Assembly: GCA_043823065.1 (NCBI GenBank)
Contig: JBDRBB010000017.1
Location: 1-29,475 of the forward strand
DNA length: 29,475 nucleotides
Source: Pseudomonadota bacterium
GTDB taxonomy: Bacteria > UBA10199 > 2-02-FULL-44-16 > DYJF01
Direction: 5' to 3'
Below, one piece after another: positions 19,602 through 28,530 of the stretch. The notes below the pieces were generated by a model. The model searched no databases. It was not told the DNA's origin and saw nothing but the letters and a program-made list of their open reading frames with translations. Made by a program: the position numbers and the translations under genes. Numbering within the stretch: position 1 is the stretch's first letter; every line of letters begins with the position of its first letter.

Positions 19602-20467
19602 CAGACTGCTACCTCAAATTTAATTCTTGGATGATGTTTATAATCTACAACTTTGGAATCTGTGAATTGCCAATCAAAAATAGATTTGAAATTTTCAGTT
19701 TCAATTGTTGGCAATAAATACGGCTCCCTCTCAAGCTGCTCGTTTAAACCCTGCTTATGGTTGTGATATATGTGCACGTCTGCCAGAAAACCAACTAGCC
19801 TGCCTTCTTCAAGGCCAGTTTCTTTGGCCAGCAAATGCAAAAGCAGACCATAGCTGGCAATGTTAAAAGGAAGACCCAAAGCAATATCCACTGAGCGCTG
19901 GTTCCAAAAAAGATTAAGTTTATCATCTAAAACTGTTACTTGAAATCCATAATGACAAAATGGTGGAATTACTTTTTGGATATCCATTGGATTCCAGGCT
20001 AAAACCAGCATTTGTCGGCTACTCGGATTATTTTTTAGTTCCTGCACCATTCTTTTTAATTGATCAACTCCTTGGCCAGTGTAATCAGCATCATAAGTTT
20101 TATATTCTGCGCCAAAATGCCGCCATTCCCAGCCATAAAGCGGACCTAGGTCTCTTTCCTGAAGCATCTTTTTTTTGGTTTCTGCATCATGGCCATATTT
20201 AACTTTAAGAGGAGTACACCATTCATCCCAAATATGGTTATCGCGATCTTGCAGCCATTTTTTATCTGTAATGCCCTTGATAAAACATTCCAGCTCAGAA
20301 GCAACCAAGCGCAACGGCACATGCTTGGTGGTGATTAAAGGAAAGCCCTCACTCATTTCATGTTCAAACATGGCGCCAGCAATAGCTATGGTGCCAGTAC
20401 CAGTGCGATCTGGCTTGGCCAGACCTTGGTTTAATATTTTTTCTACAATGTTTAAATATGCTTTCAT
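19601..20467 (-). CDS. thyA: Thymidylate synthase
   Basis: DRTGTGT, FPLITTK, IWDEW, PFCH catalytic Cys, QRSVD..LGLPFNIASY, DVHIYHNH. Start reassigned to MKAYL (ATG 20467). Confidence 0.96.
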   Translation of the reverse strand: MKAYLNIVEKILNQGLAKPDRTGTGTIAIAGAMFEHEMSEGFPLITTKHVPLRLVASELECFIKGITDKKWLQDRDNHIWDEWCTPLKVKYGHDAETKKKMLQERDLGPLYGWEWRHFGAEYKTYDADYTGQGVDQLKRMVQELKNNPSSRQMLVLAWNPMDIQKVIPPFCHYGFQVTVLDDKLNLFWNQRSVDIALGLPFNIASYGLLLHLLAKETGLEEGRLVGFLADVHIYHNHKQGLNEQLEREPYLLPTIETENFKSIFDWQFTDSKVVDYKHHPRIKFEVAV

Positions 20468-20475
20468 ATAAAAGC

Positions 20476-20545
20476 GACTATAGACAATTGACCATGGACC
20501 ATTGACCTTAAGGCGTTGTTGGTCCATAGTCAATGGTCTATGGTC
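20476..20545. repeat. Heptamer-periodic inverted repeat C containing candidate divergent promoters
   Basis: GACTATA GACAATT GACCATG GACCATT GACC / GGTC CATAGTC AATGGTC TATGGTC. Confidence 0.8.
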
Positions 20546-20562
20546 TAAAAAGGAGTTACGCA

Positions 20563-21226
<664 letters not shown>

Positions 21227-21318
21227 AATAAGTTGCTCCCTTTAACAACTTGGCCTCAAAAAAGCAAGCCCCTAATTTTTATCTAAAATCCTAATTTCTA
21301 ACAAAACCGGGCAAAAAC

Positions 21319-21473
21319 GGGGACGTTTCCCCCCTTAGTAACATCTTGATATTAAAGGTAAAAAAAAGGCGACTTGTTTTTTTTGAAATCTGAAATTTCA
21401 ACAACTCAAAAAATTCAAATCGCCATTTATTTATTAATTATTCTAGCTAGTTAGCTAGGGGGGAAACGTCCCC
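21319..21473. mobile_element. MITE-like 155-bp element with 17-bp perfect terminal inverted repeats
   Basis: GGGGACGTTTCCCCCCT (21319-35) / AGGGGGGAAACGTCCCC (21457-73); internal pairing GGCGACTTG/CAAATCGCC; no clear target-site duplication. Confidence 0.5.
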
Positions 21474-21584
21474 AATTTTAAAAATAAAAAAATCATTTTT
21501 TTTTATTTTCAAGCAACTTCAGGTACCCCCTCTACCGATAATAAAGATGAGAGAAAAGTGTAATAATTTTGGAGGATTAATTAA

Positions 21585-21971
21585 ATGTTGGGAATGATTG
21601 GCATAATAGGTTGTGTGGCAGCTACGGTAACAGCAGTTATCGCTGGCGTATCTGCAGCAGTAAGCATTGCCAACATGGCCTATCAAATAGATGCAGCCAA
21701 TGATGCAGAAGCTCTTGATGAAGAGCAAAGGAATATAGCTGAAGAAAATGCGCGCAGAGATGGCATTCGAGCTGAAGCTGATCAGAAAAAAGCCAGGTTG
21801 CAGGCCCAGCAAATGGCAGCCAGTGGCATGGCCCTAGATCAATTAAATGCGCACCAAGATAAGCTAAAAGAAACTAAAGCCAGGCGAGAAATTAATCGGC
21901 CAGGTCAAAATTTACAAGCAAGATCATATGCTAACTATGGCAGCCCAAGTGGCAGTGCTATGGAGATATAA
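21585..21971 (+). CDS. Hypothetical protein: hydrophobic N-terminal helix + coiled coil, C-terminal YGSP
   Basis: SD GGAGG; 128 aa; MIGIIGCVAATVTAVIAGVSAAVSIA followed by a charged helical region. Confidence 0.8.
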   Translation: MLGMIGIIGCVAATVTAVIAGVSAAVSIANMAYQIDAANDAEALDEEQRNIAEENARRDGIRAEADQKKARLQAQQMAASGMALDQLNAHQDKLKETKARREINRPGQNLQARSYANYGSPSGSAMEI

Positions 21972-21984
21972 TAATAGAGGGTCA

Positions 21985-22018
21985 CCCTCTCCCCGCCTCT
22001 CCCCTCAAGGGAGAGGAG
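21985..22018. repeat. CCCTCTCCC...GGGAGAGG REP-like hairpin
   Basis: CCCTCTCCCCG-CCTCTCCC-CTCAA-GGGAGAGG between the first and second genes of the cluster. Confidence 0.7.
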
Positions 22019-22061
22019 AAAAGGTTGTCGCTAAAGCGACTTAAATTTAACAGGAGGAAAT

Positions 22062-22583
22062 ATGTTATCAATAGGAGAATATGGAACCAACCCAGCAGCC
22101 CTGCAACAAACAGCTCCAGTAGTTGCCACAGGAACCAGTCCTTGGGTACAAATGCCACCTGCCCCTCAAACCAGGCTTAATTTGAGTTTAAATGAAACTA
22201 ACTCCCATGGCTATTTGCAAGGACAGCAAACCAACCAGCAAATAGCCATGGGCCTTAACGCTACTGGCGGTTTGATGGATTCTATCACCAATATTTACGG
22301 CACCTATGCTCAACTGGAAGTGATGAATGCTTATTATAGCGCCATCAACAATAATATTGATGCTAGCCGGGAAATTGCTTCTGCCCAAATTAGTTTGCAA
22401 AGAGAAGCTCTTTATCAGCAAACCGAAATGCAGCGCCAGCAAAACACTCATGAACAAACCTTAGCTAGAATTGAACGCAATATGCATATAGCCATTACCC
22501 AGATTGAACAAGATGGCATGACCAATCGGGCAGAGATATTAGGCACAGCAGATAGTTATTTTAGAGGAAACCCAGTGGCTTAA
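22062..22583 (+). CDS. Hypothetical Gln-rich helical protein, C-terminal FRGNPV
   Basis: SD AGGAGG; 173 aa; shares motifs with 22598..22972. Confidence 0.85.
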   Translation: MLSIGEYGTNPAALQQTAPVVATGTSPWVQMPPAPQTRLNLSLNETNSHGYLQGQQTNQQIAMGLNATGGLMDSITNIYGTYAQLEVMNAYYSAINNNIDASREIASAQISLQREALYQQTEMQRQQNTHEQTLARIERNMHIAITQIEQDGMTNRAEILGTADSYFRGNPVA

Positions 22584-22597
22584 TAAAGGAGAATAAT

Positions 22598-22972
22598 ATG
22601 TATAGTGTAGGTGAAACAACTAGCCAAATACTTACTAGCATGAACACTTGTGATGCCATTAATATGGGCGGGCAGGCAGTGAGCTCTTTATGTAATTCCA
22701 TTGGCTCAATTTACGCCCAGGCAGTTAGTTTGCGCATGCAAAAAGCCCAATATGCAACTCAAGAATATATCACCAATCTTCAAAAAGAATCTGAAATAGG
22801 CAATTTGCAAAATGAACAAGTTATTTTGCAAGACGTAGCTAGCATCTCAGTTCATCGCGCCAAAGCTGCTGAAGAAGCTGCTCAGGCTCATGCTAATTTG
22901 GAAGTTACCAATGCAGAACTGGCCCAGCAACGCCAAACCAGAAGTTTTGGAAACCCGGTGGAGAGTAGTTAA
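22598..22972 (+). CDS. Hypothetical helical protein, paralog of 22062, C-terminal FGNPV
   Basis: SD AAGGAG; MYSVGE vs MLSIGE; MGGQAVSSLCNSIGSIY vs MGLNATGGLMDSITNIY. Confidence 0.85.
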   Translation: MYSVGETTSQILTSMNTCDAINMGGQAVSSLCNSIGSIYAQAVSLRMQKAQYATQEYITNLQKESEIGNLQNEQVILQDVASISVHRAKAAEEAAQAHANLEVTNAELAQQRQTRSFGNPVESS

Positions 22973-22975
22973 CTG

Positions 22976-23009
22976 GATTGCTTCGTCACTTACGTTCCTC
23001 GCAATGACA
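22976..23009 (-). repeat. GTCATTGCGAG...GCAATC REP family copy
   Basis: Reverse complement reads TGTCATTGCGAGGAACGTAAGTGACGAAGCAATC. Confidence 0.8.
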
Positions 23010-23017
23010 ACTTTTTT

Positions 23018-23047
23018 AGGCCTGCTGTTTACAGCGGGCCTTTTTTG
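23018..23047 (+). terminator. Rho-independent terminator closing the three-gene cluster
   Basis: AGGCCTGCTG-TTTA-CAGCGGGCCT followed by a T-tract. Confidence 0.85.
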
Positions 23048-23048
23048 T

Positions 23049-23176
23049 AAATAACCAAGATACAAGAAACAATGACCAAACAAATCACAATAACCAAATT
23101 CCAAATATTTTGTTTTGGTGCTTGTTCCTTGTAATTTGGTATTTGTTTGGTTATTGTTTATTGGTTATTGAAATTT
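23049..23176. repeat. Heptamer-periodic inverted repeat D
   Basis: AATAACC AAGATAC AAGAAAC AATGACC AAAC AAATCAC AATAACC AAATTCC mirrored by GGTGCTT GTTCCTT GTAATTT GGTATTT GTTT GGTTATT GTTTATT GGTTATT GAAATTT. Confidence 0.8.
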
Positions 23177-23185
23177 GGAGGAAAG

Positions 23186-23944
23186 ATGCCCTTGGAACTC
23201 TCTATGTTCAACGTTATGGAATACCTCTGGGAGACTATGCAAAAAACCCCAGATGGTAAAAATGTCCGCTATAATCATGCTGATATTGAAATGCTCTGGT
23301 ACATGGGGTTTGTAGATACTGAACAATATCCTTTAGCTACCTGGAAAGACGTATTTGAACCTTTTCGCCAAAAAGACGGCACCTTTCTGATTGGCAAAAA
23401 ATCCTTTCTAGAACTTGATAAATATCGTTACAAAGGTGAAATCCATATTCCTTTTGATGCCATGCTGATTAACGAAGGTCTCTATACTGATGAAGGCTTA
23501 AATGAATTAATTGAAGCATCAATTGAACCGTCAGTTATGATAGCTCAAGCAGATTTTGAAGCTTTTTGGGAACAATTAAAAAAAGATTTTCGAAATCCCA
23601 AAGGTTTAATCAAAATAGGCCCTGACGCTAAAATACGCATCAGAAGCTTAATTGAAAAACACCCTTCTCCTTTGCGTAATTTGGAAATCTCTTTTGATCA
23701 AATGCTTAGAAGCGGTCAGGGCGCAGATTTGGAACAAAAGTTTGAAGGAGCAAAAGACAGCATGGCCACAGCCCAGGCAGCTATGGAAGCTTCAACTTTT
23801 GTGCAAGGAGCAGCCCACAGAACCCAGGCCTCTGCCCAGGCCTTAAAAAACCTGCAAAAAGCCAAAGAAAAACAATCTGTTGATGATAAAGACAGCTTAG
23901 AACTTAAGCGGATTCGTCGCTCTCGGAAAGGGATGCGCGGCTAG
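23186..23944 (+). CDS. Hypothetical protein
   Basis: Start reassigned to MPLELS (ATG 23186 after GGAGG); globular N-terminal part, helical basic C-terminal tail. Confidence 0.8.
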   Translation: MPLELSMFNVMEYLWETMQKTPDGKNVRYNHADIEMLWYMGFVDTEQYPLATWKDVFEPFRQKDGTFLIGKKSFLELDKYRYKGEIHIPFDAMLINEGLYTDEGLNELIEASIEPSVMIAQADFEAFWEQLKKDFRNPKGLIKIGPDAKIRIRSLIEKHPSPLRNLEISFDQMLRSGQGADLEQKFEGAKDSMATAQAAMEASTFVQGAAHRTQASAQALKNLQKAKEKQSVDDKDSLELKRIRRSRKGMRG

Positions 23945-24275
23945 CGTCTTCCTCTCTTTTCTCAGAGACTTTACGCACCACAGAAAGCTCTCTTTCCAAT
24001 TGTCTGATGCGTTTGTTTTTGGCCCTGATCTCCAAGGTCTTAAACAAGGAAGGCAAGGCTTCCAAAAGAGCAATGGTGATCATACCTGCACTAAAGACAA
24101 TCAATAAAATAAATCCCAAAGGAATGGGCGCAGATTTCAAAGAAATAATATAGGGAACATCAAATTTAAAAATCAAGCGATAAGAAAAAGTTGCGGCATC
24201 TAAATTACAATAAATAAAGTTTAGAAGTACAAAAAACAAGATAGCCATGATTATGGCAAATACTAAACGACGCAT
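23904..24275 (-). CDS. LapA/DUF1049-like membrane protein
   Basis: TM-N-x-loop-'IPLGFILLIVFSAG' TM followed by coiled coil KRIRQLERELS; last gene of the rpsA-ihfB operon. Confidence 0.65.
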   Translation of the reverse strand: MRRLVFAIIMAILFFVLLNFIYCNLDAATFSYRLIFKFDVPYIISLKSAPIPLGFILLIVFSAGMITIALLEALPSLFKTLEIRAKNKRIRQLERELSVVRKVSEKREEDASRASLSESDESA

Positions 24276-24292
24276 GATAACCCCCAAAAATA

Positions 24293-24316
24293 GATTCCCG
24301 CTTTCGCGGGAATGAC
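24293..24316 (-). repeat. dRS3-like REP single copy
   Basis: GATTCCCGCTTTCGCGGGAATGACA. Confidence 0.85.
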
Positions 24317-24325
24317 AAACATGTT

Positions 24326-24805
24326 TTAAAACTTATCTACTAATCTTTTATAGGTTTCGCTAAGATACTCAGGCAATGCTCTGGTTTTGCTTAACACTGG
24401 CAAAAAATTAGTATCACCAACCCATCTAGGAACTACATGCATGTGAATATGATCTTCAATGCCAGCACCAGCAGCCCGGCCCAGATTAAAACCGCAATTA
24501 AAACCATCTGCTTGCAATTCTTTTTTCATAATCTCAACCGCCTGGGAAGTTAAACTCATCATTTCCTGATATTCTTGGGCAGATAAATCTTTGAGTTCAG
24601 CTACATGACGATAGGGCATGATTAAAAGATGACCATTGGTGTAAGGGTAACGATTTAGCATGACAAAAATGTTTTGTCCGCGAAACAGAATGAACTGTTG
24701 TTCATCTTCTTGCTTTTGGGTAGCAACACAAAAAACACACTCCCCCTTTTTTTCCCTTAGCGCTTTAATAAATTCCATGCGCCAAGGGGCCCAGATTCTA
24801 GTCAT
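24326..24805 (-). CDS. HIT family hydrolase (Ap4A phosphorylase/FHIT-like)
   Basis: IWAPWRM, CVFC, LNRYPYTNGHL, AGAGIEDHIHMHVVPRW.GD.NF. Confidence 0.93.
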   Translation of the reverse strand: MTRIWAPWRMEFIKALREKKGECVFCVATQKQEDEQQFILFRGQNIFVMLNRYPYTNGHLLIMPYRHVAELKDLSAQEYQEMMSLTSQAVEIMKKELQADGFNCGFNLGRAAGAGIEDHIHMHVVPRWVGDTNFLPVLSKTRALPEYLSETYKRLVDKF

Positions 24806-25079
24806 GGTTCACCATTTCTTTAAGCTCCCGACCGGTCTTGAAAAATGGGACCTTGTGTTTTGCCACGCTAACGGTTTCACCAGTTTTGGGATTACGACCC
24901 TTGCGAGCCTTACGTACCCGCACTTCAAAACTGCCAAAACCTCTAATTTCAATGCGTTCTTCTTTGGCCAAGGCATCTGTCATACTATCAAAAATAGTAT
25001 TAACAATAACTTCCACATCCCTGACTGCCAAATTTGGCAATGTCTTTCCTACTGTTTCAATTAAATCACTCTTATTCAA
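24798..25079 (-). CDS. ihfB: Integration host factor beta subunit
   Basis: TTG start after AAGGAGG: MNKSDLIE...RIEIRGFGSF...GRNPKTGE.V...VPFFKTGRELK; rpsA-ihfB context. Confidence 0.92.
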   Translation of the reverse strand: MNKSDLIETVGKTLPNLAVRDVEVIVNTIFDSMTDALAKEERIEIRGFGSFEVRVRKARKGRNPKTGETVSVAKHKVPFFKTGRELKEMVNHD

Positions 25080-25117
25080 GGCAACCTCCTTATTTCGTTC
25101 GTCGTACGTCGTGATTA

Positions 25118-26020
25118 CTAATGGCTCCAATACAGTAATAATGGCTCTTGCATTTGCTGGCTAATTTGCAAAACCAAACCGCGCATTTGTTCTGCGCTTG
25201 CCTCAAAAAAACGCTGCATCCAGCCTTCCTGTTTTTTATATTTTTCCACAACATCTGGCTCGCCTTTAATTCCAGCCAGTTCAGCTGCTAACATTTCAGC
25301 ATCGTATTGATCGCCCAATTTATCCACCAGCCCCAATGCCAAAGCTTCCTCGCCACTAAAAATTCGACCATCTGCCACTTTCTCGATTTGTTGTTCATCA
25401 AAATTACGGCTAGTAGCTACTGCCAACTTAAATTGTTCATGAATATTTTTGAGAAGCTGTTCTAAAATAGATCTTTCTTCAGGAGTCAGGGCTCGTTCAG
25501 GTGAGGCTATATCTTTATACTTACCGCTTTTTAAAACCTGATGATCTAGTTTGGCCCATTGCATAAGCTTGCTAACATCTAGATGATCAAAGCGTACACC
25601 AATGCTGCCAGTAATGCTGCCTGGATTGGCTAGAATTTTATCCGCTCCGCAAGCAACATAATAGCCGCCTGAAGCCGCCAACGTACCCATAGAAGCTACC
25701 ACTGGTTTTTTGTCACCCAATCTTAAAAGAGCATTATAAATTTCTTGAGAACCTGCAACAGTTCCACCAGGAGATTCAATACGAACTACCACGGCTTTAA
25801 TATCAGAATCATGGCGATATTTATCTAACTCCCTTACAGTTTCTTCAGGATCATAAATACCGCCATCAATTTTAACCAAACCAATTTGGCCTCCACCAAA
25901 CAAGCGTGGAGTTGTGCTTTCAGGAGAGAGCACGTAGTAAGCCAACATGCCGAATAAAAAAGCTCCCCCTACCAACACTACAAAAATCAACATCGTAATC
26001 AACAAAGATTTATAACGCAT
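25118..26020 (-). CDS. sppA: Signal peptide peptidase SppA (S49, 36K type)
   Basis: RIESPGGTV, AASGGYY, ITGSIGV, KSGKYKD, ADGRIFSGE.A..LGLVD. Confidence 0.93.
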   Translation of the reverse strand: MRYKSLLITMLIFVVLVGGAFLFGMLAYYVLSPESTTPRLFGGGQIGLVKIDGGIYDPEETVRELDKYRHDSDIKAVVVRIESPGGTVAGSQEIYNALLRLGDKKPVVASMGTLAASGGYYVACGADKILANPGSITGSIGVRFDHLDVSKLMQWAKLDHQVLKSGKYKDIASPERALTPEERSILEQLLKNIHEQFKLAVATSRNFDEQQIEKVADGRIFSGEEALALGLVDKLGDQYDAEMLAAELAGIKGEPDVVEKYKKQEGWMQRFFEASAEQMRGLVLQISQQMQEPLLLYWSH

Positions 26021-26032
26021 CTAAATCTCTCT

Positions 26033-27607
26033 TTACTTTTTTAAACCCAAAGTAAAACTACGATCTTTTTCATTAATTTTATTTACAGTTACCTCTACTT
26101 TATCACCAACTTTTAATTCTTCAGCATATTCTTTGCCAGGGATTAAACCCTCAAGAGCATCTTCCAATTTTACTACTGCTCCTGCATTATTCAGGGCAAC
26201 CACTTCGCCATCTGCTTCCACACCTTCTGGATAATCTTTCTTGATTCGTCCCCAAGGATCTTCGCTTAAATGCTTTAACCCTAAGGAAAAGCGTTCATTG
26301 TCTGGATCTACATGCAAAACCACAGCCTCAATTTCATCGCCTTTTTTGTATTTTTCTGCTGGATTGGCAAAGTTTTGCACCCATTCCAGATCTGAAATAT
26401 GCACCAGTCCATCAACATCAGCGCCAACATCAACAAAAACGCCAAAATCCGCAATATTACGGATTTTACCAGTTACTTTGCTGCCAATGGGAAATTTATC
26501 TTCCAAACTGGACCAGGGATTTTCTTGAATTTGTTTTAAACCTAAAGAGATGCGCTTGTTATCAGTTTCAATATTTAAGACAATGGCTTCAACTTCATCA
26601 CCAACATTCACTACTTGAGATGGATGTTTTACTTTCTTGGTCCAGCTCATTTCTGAAATATGAATTAACCCTTCCACACCATCTGCTAATTCCACAAAAG
26701 CGCCAAAGTCTGTGATATTGGTAACTTTTCCTTTTATCCTGGAACCAACTGGATAGATTTCATCCACTCTGCTCCAAGGATCTTCTGTAAGTTGTTTCAG
26801 CCCTAAAGAAACCTTATGGCCTTCAGCATCATATTTTAAAATAACCACACGAACTTCATCGCCAACTTGAAACACATCTGAAGGATGATTAATTCTGCCC
26901 CAAGACATATCTGTGACATGCAACAAACCATCAATACCGCCGATATCGACAAAAGCGCCATAATCAGTAACGTTTTTCACAATACCGTCAAACACTTGGC
27001 CTTCAGAAAGATTGGCAAGTGTTGCTTCTTTTAAGGTTTCTCTTTCTTTTTCCAACAAAGCCTTGCGAGAAAGCACTACATTGCCACGACGCTTGTTTAA
27101 TTTAATAATTTTGAATTTATATTCTTTGCCAACATATTTATCCAAACTGCGCACAGGCCTATAATCAACTTGAGAACCAGGTAAAAAAGCGCGCACGCCA
27201 ACATCAACCACTAAACCACCTTTTACCTTGGAAAGAACTGTGCCTTCAACTTCACCATCTTTAGCCACAACATCTTCTAAGCGATCCCACATCTTAATCG
27301 AATCAGCGCGTTCTTTGGATAAAATCATCAAGCCATTATCATTTTCTATAGTCTCTAAAAAGACTTCAATTTCATCACCTTGCTTGGCTTTGATTTCTCC
27401 CCGATAACTTTTAAACTCTTCAATAGGAATGCGACCCTCAGATTTGAAACCAATATCAACAATTACATAATCTCGGTCAATTCTGACCACCTTTCCTTTA
27501 ACTACTTCACCTTCTTTTAGGCAGACTTTCTTGCTGCTTTCCTCAAACAGTTTTGCAAACTCCGTGGTTTTTTGCTCCTCATTGGGCTCGATATGAACTG
27601 GACACAT
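26033..27607 (-). CDS. rpsA: 30S ribosomal protein S1
   Basis: Tandem S1 domains: VDIGFKSEG, AFLPGSQVD, DYGAFVDIGGIDGLLHVTDMSW, GVEGLIHISEMSW. Confidence 0.97.
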   Translation of the reverse strand: MCPVHIEPNEEQKTTEFAKLFEESSKKVCLKEGEVVKGKVVRIDRDYVIVDIGFKSEGRIPIEEFKSYRGEIKAKQGDEIEVFLETIENDNGLMILSKERADSIKMWDRLEDVVAKDGEVEGTVLSKVKGGLVVDVGVRAFLPGSQVDYRPVRSLDKYVGKEYKFKIIKLNKRRGNVVLSRKALLEKERETLKEATLANLSEGQVFDGIVKNVTDYGAFVDIGGIDGLLHVTDMSWGRINHPSDVFQVGDEVRVVILKYDAEGHKVSLGLKQLTEDPWSRVDEIYPVGSRIKGKVTNITDFGAFVELADGVEGLIHISEMSWTKKVKHPSQVVNVGDEVEAIVLNIETDNKRISLGLKQIQENPWSSLEDKFPIGSKVTGKIRNIADFGVFVDVGADVDGLVHISDLEWVQNFANPAEKYKKGDEIEAVVLHVDPDNERFSLGLKHLSEDPWGRIKKDYPEGVEADGEVVALNNAGAVVKLEDALEGLIPGKEYAEELKVGDKVEVTVNKINEKDRSFTLGLKK

Positions 27608-27658
27608 GCTTTTATAACCTCCTTATTTTCATAGATTTTTTATCTAAAAAGTGGGGGG

Positions 27659-27687
27659 AACCTAACGGGATAACCCCAGGTTGTCAA
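27659..27687 (-). promoter_or_regulatory. Sigma-70 promoter of the rpsA operon
   Basis: TTGACA, 17 bp, TAGGTT on the minus strand. Confidence 0.6.
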
Positions 27688-27799
27688 CTGCTTTATTTTC
27701 GTCGCCCTTGTACGAAAATGCTGCAGTTCAAGCTGAACTCAAAAAAACTTTTTTTAAAATTCCGCTTAAATTTCACACAAGTATATTTTTAGGCAACTT

Positions 27800-27815
27800 T
27801 GGCACGCACCTTGCT
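27800..27815 (+). promoter_or_regulatory. Sigma-54 (RpoN) promoter
   Basis: TGGCACG-CACC-TTGCT matches the -24/-12 consensus TGGCACG-N4-TTGCW exactly, about 55 bp upstream of ATG 27870. Confidence 0.88.
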
Positions 27816-27869
27816 TTAGGCTAAAGCTGTAAGTCAGCTGACCAAAAACCATTAACCTAAGGAGGAAGT

Positions 27870-28445
27870 ATGAAAAAGAAATTGGTCGTAAGCGGATTGG
27901 CAACATTTATGGTCGTAAGTTTGGGGCTGTGTGGAATGGCAAGTGCGTGGTTTGTGGATACTACAGCAAATGTGAACACAAATAGTCACAATGATAATGG
28001 TACCCGCGCTGAGGACCACAGCAGCTTGTTAAACAACAGTCTTAATCGTTATGACTTCAGCAGCAGGGATTATTCTGACCACAACAGCCATAACAGCATG
28101 AATTACGATTATGACTATAATTATGAAGATAGCCGCAATCTATCCACAACAGATGCCAGTGATCGTTCTCTAAATAACAGTTTTAATACAGATAACAGTG
28201 TGGATAATTCCACTCAGGACAGCCATGATTACATCTTAACTGACACCACTGGTGGCGATAAGCGCGTTAACTCCAATAATTATGATATAGCAGGTAATGT
28301 GCGCAATTCTAATCTGGGCGATTTTAATCAAACCTATTATGGCACAGATTTCCGAAGCGGTGTGCAGGGAAGCGGCAATACTATTGATACTTCTTCAGTC
28401 AATATCACCACTTTTGGCGATACTATTACTAAAGATAAAAAGTAG
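27870..28445 (+). CDS. Secreted Asn/Asp/Ser-rich repeat protein (putative amyloid/fibre major subunit)
   Basis: SD AAGGAGG; Sec signal ...GMASA|W; imperfect repeats DHSSLLNNSLN, DYSDHNSHNSMN, DASDRSLNNSFN; no Pro or Cys in the mature part. Confidence 0.8.
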   Translation: MKKKLVVSGLATFMVVSLGLCGMASAWFVDTTANVNTNSHNDNGTRAEDHSSLLNNSLNRYDFSSRDYSDHNSHNSMNYDYDYNYEDSRNLSTTDASDRSLNNSFNTDNSVDNSTQDSHDYILTDTTGGDKRVNSNNYDIAGNVRNSNLGDFNQTYYGTDFRSGVQGSGNTIDTSSVNITTFGDTITKDKK

Positions 28446-28453
28446 TTAGCACA

Positions 28454-28512
28454 CTTCGACTATGCTCAGTGTGAACGCCTCCCCTTTACCGTTCGCGCTG
28501 AGCCAGTCGAAG
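28454..28512. repeat. CTTCGAC..GCTCAG / CTGAGC..GTCGAAG REP-like hairpin
   Basis: CTTCGACTATGCTCAGTGTGAACG...CGTTCGCGCTGAGCCAGTCGAAG. Confidence 0.8.
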
Positions 28513-28530
28513 CGCTAATTTGGAGGAATT

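Noticed and set aside
27870..28445. Calling this gene csgA or fapC
   Set aside because: The repeats lack the curlin Q-x-G/N-x-A-x3-Q register, and no Fap accessory genes are visible in the window.
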